Assembly (NCBI GenBank): GCA_965216785.1
Contig: OZ244197.1
Location: 1,184,001-1,248,000 of the forward strand
Reading direction: 5' to 3'
Length of the DNA stretch: 64,000 nt
Origin: Thermodesulfobacteriota bacterium
GTDB taxonomy: Bacteria > Desulfobacterota_D > UBA1144 > Nemesobacterales > UBA2774
Positions within the stretch are counted from its first letter, which is position 1. Each line of letters starts with the position of its first letter. Shown piece by piece: positions 59,416 through 64,000 of the stretch. The translations under genes were made by a program, and so were the position numbers. The notes under the pieces are model-generated. The model saw only the letters and a list, made by a program, of their open reading frames with translations, was not told the DNA's origin and made no database searches.

Positions 59416-60723
59416 ATGGGTAAATATCCGCCTGGTCTCGACGTTACAGTAGATTATAAATTTATGGACGCTGTTTTTCAGCGCCGCTCCCGAAGGTTCG
59501 GTCTCGGAATGGAGATCGAGAAAGGCCCTCTGGCCTATAAATCCAAGCATGATCATGTAGGGCTCTCAGAGCTTGAAGAAGCGATAATAGTATGGAACGG
59601 GCTTGGAATTAAGAATATCAACCTTTCCGATTTCCCGCCCCACGTAGGGCTCGATCTTGAAATGCAGTTTACCAGTAAAACTATTCCTGCTCTCGGAGAC
59701 GTGCACAGAACAGAGCTCTTCTATACGAACGACGAGGGCACTTATATGATAAAGATGCACGATAAGCAGCCAGACGATTTTAAAGGGCTTGAAGCGCTCA
59801 GCCGTGAGGAGAGGGTAGATCGTATACTAGAGCTTTTCAGGGAATCGAGGATAAAGCTCGAAGACGGCAGAGCGGACCTCCCATCCCAGCCTCCGGGACT
59901 TGCGGGGCATAATCTCTGGAATGTCAACAAACCGGGAACTACGGTGTTTATGCCCGTCACCGACCTTTCGGCCTGTATCATTAACCTCTATTTCTTTTAC
60001 ATGAGGCCCGACCACCGCTTTAACTTTGTGGACGAGCTTCACGGCATGAGACCGCCGGGTACTTCCGAGTGGTTGAAAAAGGGTTTTCTTGACGAAGGAA
60101 AGCGTATGCCGCTCATTGAGGCCGAGCTCCGCTTCGCAAACGGCTACATCGCGGAGCAGGCGTTTATGGGTCAGAACATGGTGCTCACTTTACAGACTCT
60201 GGGGCTCGGTGGATGGCTCTTTAGTGGATTCGCCAGCATGTTTATGCTGGGCGGTACGCCATTTAACAGAGGACTCGGGTTCAGGTTCATAACTCCAGAG
60301 ATTACAGGAGACACGGGTAATCCCAATCCTGTGGCTGTAGGAAAAGACGACCTCTTCCACGCTTACTGCCCTCCTTATTATAAAGATATGGGGGAGGCTG
60401 TAGAGGCCTTTAACGATGCTAAATGGACGAACTGGGAGTCTCACGATATGCCCTACAAAAACCCTGAGAGCGTGCTAGAGACGGTAGAGAGACCGAGTAA
60501 GGAAGAGATACAGGTAGTTAAGGATATCTGCAACTATGTATATGACACTTACGGTAGGTTCCCCGCGTTTTCAGACCCTATGTTCCTTAGGTTTATGGTC
60601 CAGGCCCATCACCTAGATCTTGATTTCTACGACCAGTTCTACCCGGAAGGGGCCTATACGGAGAACCATAAGAATCATTTCAAGCTATGGCACCCCGATA
60701 TAGCAGACCCGTTTGAGAAATAG
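59416..60723 (+). CDS. Nitroreductase-superfamily-like protein
   Basis: RRSRRF FMN-binding-type motif; QNMVLTLQTLGLGGW; start reassigned to ATG 59416 after GGAG. Confidence 0.6.
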   Translation: MGKYPPGLDVTVDYKFMDAVFQRRSRRFGLGMEIEKGPLAYKSKHDHVGLSELEEAIIVWNGLGIKNINLSDFPPHVGLDLEMQFTSKTIPALGDVHRTELFYTNDEGTYMIKMHDKQPDDFKGLEALSREERVDRILELFRESRIKLEDGRADLPSQPPGLAGHNLWNVNKPGTTVFMPVTDLSACIINLYFFYMRPDHRFNFVDELHGMRPPGTSEWLKKGFLDEGKRMPLIEAELRFANGYIAEQAFMGQNMVLTLQTLGLGGWLFSGFASMFMLGGTPFNRGLGFRFITPEITGDTGNPNPVAVGKDDLFHAYCPPYYKDMGEAVEAFNDAKWTNWESHDMPYKNPESVLETVERPSKEEIQVVKDICNYVYDTYGRFPAFSDPMFLRFMVQAHHLDLDFYDQFYPEGAYTENHKNHFKLWHPDIADPFEK

Positions 60724-60805
60724 GGTTGGGCTTAATTACGATTTAACATTTTAGTTTTAGAATATCTAATGGTCTTAGATCAATTGAAGTACCGGTAAAT
60801 CGTTT

Positions 60806-61777
60806 ATGAAAAAAATTTTTGTTAGCGCAGTGTATCCCGGAAGCTCAATAGACCGCCTGGCCCAAAAGTACGACGTCTGTGTGTTCGATAAAGAACGCTT
60901 GCCTACAGCTCAGGAGCTTGCCCGTGAGGCAGAAGGCTCATCCGCTCTAATTACAACTGTCTCCGATATCATCGACAAAAAGCTGATTGACCTCCTCCCT
61001 GACCTTAAGATAATTGCCAACGCGGCGGTCGGTTATGAGAACATTGATATTCCATATGCGACTGAAAAAGGTATTTTCGTAACAAATACTCCGGGAGTGC
61101 TAACTGAGGCAGTAGCGGATATGGCCTGGGCGCTAATCTTATCGGTCGGAAGGAGGGTTGTCGAAGCGGACGAATATGTGAGGGGAGGGCAGTTTACGTG
61201 CTGGCTGCCGGATCTCTTGCTGGGCCTAAATATTTACAATAAGACGCTCGGAGTTTTCGGTATGGGCCGCATAGGCAAGGCTGTTGCCAGAAGGGGGACA
61301 GGGTTCGGCATGAAAATCATATATAACAGCAGGAGCGTAAACGAAGAAGCGGAAAAAGATATCGGGGCACGCTTCGTCGATTTTTCCACTCTCCTAAAGG
61401 ACTCGGATTATCTAGTTGTCACGACCCCGCTAACCCCGGAGACCAGAGAAAGAGTCGGACTTGCGGAATTTAAGCAAATGAAAAAAGAGTCTGTAATTAT
61501 TAACGTCGGAAGGGGACCGATTATTAAAGAAGCCGAACTTGCTCAGGCTCTAGAGCAAGGGCTTGTTTGGGGAGCGGGTCTGGATGTATTCGAAAATGAG
61601 CCCGATGTGGACACTGAGCTATTGAAACAAAAGAATGTAGTCTTGGCACCTCATATAGCGAGCGCTTCAAGGGAAACGAGAGAGAAGATGATCGATATGG
61701 CGGTGAGGAACGTCGAGCTTGCTCTTAGCGGTGAGGTCCCCGAGCATTTGGTAAATCCCGAAGTGGTTAGCTCCTAG
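60806..61777 (+). CDS. D-2-hydroxyacid (glyoxylate/glycerate) dehydrogenase
   Basis: VTNTPGVL, GMGRIG, INVGRG, GLDVFENEP, PHIAS. Confidence 0.9.
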   Translation: MKKIFVSAVYPGSSIDRLAQKYDVCVFDKERLPTAQELAREAEGSSALITTVSDIIDKKLIDLLPDLKIIANAAVGYENIDIPYATEKGIFVTNTPGVLTEAVADMAWALILSVGRRVVEADEYVRGGQFTCWLPDLLLGLNIYNKTLGVFGMGRIGKAVARRGTGFGMKIIYNSRSVNEEAEKDIGARFVDFSTLLKDSDYLVVTTPLTPETRERVGLAEFKQMKKESVIINVGRGPIIKEAELAQALEQGLVWGAGLDVFENEPDVDTELLKQKNVVLAPHIASASRETREKMIDMAVRNVELALSGEVPEHLVNPEVVSS

Positions 61778-61789
61778 ATAGAAACTCTC

Positions 61790-62068
61790 TTAGTCCTTAT
61801 CTTTTCCTTTTTTATATTCGGAGCTCTCAGAGTCTTTTTGAGACGTCTCTTGTTTTGACCCGAAAAGGAATTTAAACGGCAGCTTTAGTATGAAAAGTAT
61901 TACAGAGGGACGGAGGAATATTGAAGTGAATAGCCAAATGTCTGCCGGCGTTAGATAAATCTTGGAATCCCACACACCCATCTGTCCGGTCATTACCACG
62001 TGGTCTTCTTCGACAGAAGAATCCTTCACTATGAATTCAAACTCACCTGCAGGGCTTACGACTTTCAT
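61790..62068 (-). CDS. Hypothetical protein
   Basis: 92 aa, GGAGGAG RBS on the minus strand. Confidence 0.65.
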   Translation of the reverse strand: MKVVSPAGEFEFIVKDSSVEEDHVVMTGQMGVWDSKIYLTPADIWLFTSIFLRPSVILFILKLPFKFLFGSKQETSQKDSESSEYKKGKDKD

Positions 62069-62162
62069 ATCTCCTCCGATTTAAATGGTATTGATAGGAT
62101 TATCTCATAAAGGCCGGAACTTTTCCAATGCGGATTATCTGACGGCTATGCCTGGAGTAGGC

Positions 62163-63038
62163 TTATCCGAACGACTTTTTCATTACGTCCACAGGGGCCG
62201 TCTCACCGGTCCAGATTTCAAAGCTCTCAGCGCCCTGATAAAGGAGCATGCTTAGTCCTCCCGAAGCCCTGTGCCCAAGCTCCCTTACCTCGTTTAGCAG
62301 ATTGGTGTCGGGCGGCTTGTATACGAGATCGTAGACTACCGCGCTTTTATTCAGGCTCGATGTAGGGATATCGGGTTTACCCTCACCGTCCATACCCGCG
62401 GGGGAGGCGTTGACCAATATATCGGCCCCGCTTAGCTTCGCGGCAATACCGTCCTTGTCTTCCATAGGGAGGGGCCCGATTTCTATATCAGAAAAGCTCT
62501 CTTTAAAGTCCGCGGCTAACGCTTCCGCCTTATCCGGCAATATATCCGTTATGGAAATTCTGGAAATCCCGTTCATACAGCAGGCGGACATAACGGCGCG
62601 CGCGGCGCCTCCGGCGCCGACCAGAAATAGCGTTTTCCCCTCAGGGATGAAATCAAGGTCTTCTCTAATGGCTCTCAGGAAACCGCCTACGTCAGTATTG
62701 AACCCGGTGAGCTTTCCTCCCTCGTTCTTAACTGTGTTAACAGCGCCCGTGAGCTTTGCGTCCGGGGATACTTCGTCCAGGTGCGGGATGATAGTTTGTT
62801 TATGGGGGATAGTAATATTAATGCCTTTTATGCCCATAGTCCTTATAGCGTTTGTGGCCTCGCCGATATTCTCAGGCTCTATATCGAACGCCACATAAAC
62901 CGAGTCAAGCCCCAGAGCCTCAAACGCGCTGTTATGCATGTTGGGCGACAGGCTGTGTTTTACCGGGTGTCCGAATATACCGTAGATCTGTGTAGTTGCT
63001 TTTACGCTCAACTCTTCGCTCCCTGAAACTTTTCTCAA
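62163..63038 (-). CDS. aroE: Shikimate dehydrogenase
   Basis: HSLSP, NITIPHK, GAVNT, NTD, GAGGAA, DLVY, MLLYQG. Confidence 0.93.
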   Translation of the reverse strand: MRKVSGSEELSVKATTQIYGIFGHPVKHSLSPNMHNSAFEALGLDSVYVAFDIEPENIGEATNAIRTMGIKGINITIPHKQTIIPHLDEVSPDAKLTGAVNTVKNEGGKLTGFNTDVGGFLRAIREDLDFIPEGKTLFLVGAGGAARAVMSACCMNGISRISITDILPDKAEALAADFKESFSDIEIGPLPMEDKDGIAAKLSGADILVNASPAGMDGEGKPDIPTSSLNKSAVVYDLVYKPPDTNLLNEVRELGHRASGGLSMLLYQGAESFEIWTGETAPVDVMKKSFG

Positions 63039-63055
63039 ATATTACTCGTTTTATA

Positions 63056-63985
63056 TTAGGATGCCGCCAGAATATCTTTTACCTTTAACACGTCTTTTTT
63101 AATCTGATCGACTAAAGCATCCGGACCGTCAAATTTTTGCTCGTCCCTTATCCTTTCCACAAATTCGACACGCACCCTCTTTCCATAAACTTCCTTGTCA
63201 AAATCAAAAACGTGGGTTTCTATCAAGAGCTCATCACTTCCAAAAGTAGGTCTGTATCCGACGTTGGTAATGCTCTCTTTATTCTCTCCATCTATGTGCG
63301 CTCTGGTCGCGTAAACACCAACTTTGGGAAGGATATCCCAGTCGGTGTCAAGGTTTAAGGTGGGGAAACCGATCTGTCTTCCTCTCCTCTCTCCTTCTAT
63401 CACGCTGCCTTCTATGTAAAAGTCGTAACCAAGGAATTTTGAAGCTTCCCTCACATTTCCTTCTCTGAGAAAATTCCTAATCGAGGTCGAGCTCACAATC
63501 TGATCGTCAATGAGCTCGGGTCCGACCACCCTGGTTTCAAAACCGAGTTGCTCTCCCATGACTCTTAGAAGCTCCGCGTTCCCCTCGCGCTTTCTACCGA
63601 ATGCAAAATCCGGTCCTACGATCAGGTGCTTGAGGTTAAGCTTTCCAACAAGAATATTAGTTATGAAATCTTTGGCTGAGATTTGAGAAAGCTCTTTTGT
63701 AAATGTATAACACGCTACATAGTCAACCCCTTGTCTCTCAAGCAGCTTCAGCCTCTCCCTGATCGGTACCAAGAGAGGGATGTCGATATTCTGCAGCACT
63801 TTTTGCGGGTGAGGATGAAAAGTTATAACGCATGAGCTGAGCCCTTTTTCCAGGGCCTCTTTCTTAACAGAGTCTATGATTTTCTTATGCCCTAGATGCA
63901 CTCCGTCAAAGTTCCCAATGGTTGCGGAAGTAGGGCTTTCGATAGGCTGTTCGGGGTCGAATATTACTTTCATATTATTGGGCAC
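63056..63985 (-). CDS. ribF: Bifunctional riboflavin kinase/FAD synthetase
   Basis: GNFDGVHLGH, SSTSIR, GFPTLN, NVGYRPTF, ETH. Confidence 0.94.
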   Translation of the reverse strand: MPNNMKVIFDPEQPIESPTSATIGNFDGVHLGHKKIIDSVKKEALEKGLSSCVITFHPHPQKVLQNIDIPLLVPIRERLKLLERQGVDYVACYTFTKELSQISAKDFITNILVGKLNLKHLIVGPDFAFGRKREGNAELLRVMGEQLGFETRVVGPELIDDQIVSSTSIRNFLREGNVREASKFLGYDFYIEGSVIEGERRGRQIGFPTLNLDTDWDILPKVGVYATRAHIDGENKESITNVGYRPTFGSDELLIETHVFDFDKEVYGKRVRVEFVERIRDEQKFDGPDALVDQIKKDVLKVKDILAAS

Positions 63986-64000
63986 AGAATATTACCATAA

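Noticed and set aside
1424-63358. Numerous 60-160 aa ORFs nested in or antisense to long genes
   Set aside because: No recognisable motifs or RBS; expected shadow ORFs.

Overview
Bacterial 64-kb window in three parts. (1) 1-~33,250 is an AT-richer accessory island. It carries a 5'-truncated phosphoketolase, a copB-centred copper cluster, a truncated saccharopine-dehydrogenase-like gene beside an FkbM methyltransferase, a GH13 sugar phosphorylase, an RcnR/CsoR-type repressor with an atypical P1B-ATPase, two MerR regulators with long-spacer promoters, and a mer-like operon (merR-merT-merB, an HMA/beta-propeller fusion, a GDCCVxC protein, no merA in the window). It continues with czcI-like/czcCBA plus P-II, a third P1B-ATPase, lgt, a SHOCT protein and a Met-rich diheme cytochrome c, and ends in a mobile-element backbone (XRE, Rep-like HTH protein with a structured leader, DUF3102). 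Two near-identical orphan IS3-like ends in direct orientation bracket ~19.5 kb of this island. (2) ~33,250-36,950 holds two cassette-like units, each preceded by a copy of a 79-bp direct repeat: a multimodular AA10 LPMO (AA10-GbpA_2-CBM2-CBM2) and an AT-rich AlbA_2/Schlafen plus partner gene pair. (3) ~37,000-64,000 is GC-richer core-like chromosome: a type II secretion cluster gspCDEFGHIJK (LysM-bearing secretin, followed by a RavA-like AAA ATPase instead of gspLM), dacB, uvrA, dnaJ, aroE, ribF and others. No rRNA, tRNA, CRISPR array, integrase or transposase was seen. All family assignments come from motif recognition, not database searches. Base-composition statements are by eye. A deltaproteobacteria-like host (possibly Dadabacteria) is only a guess.
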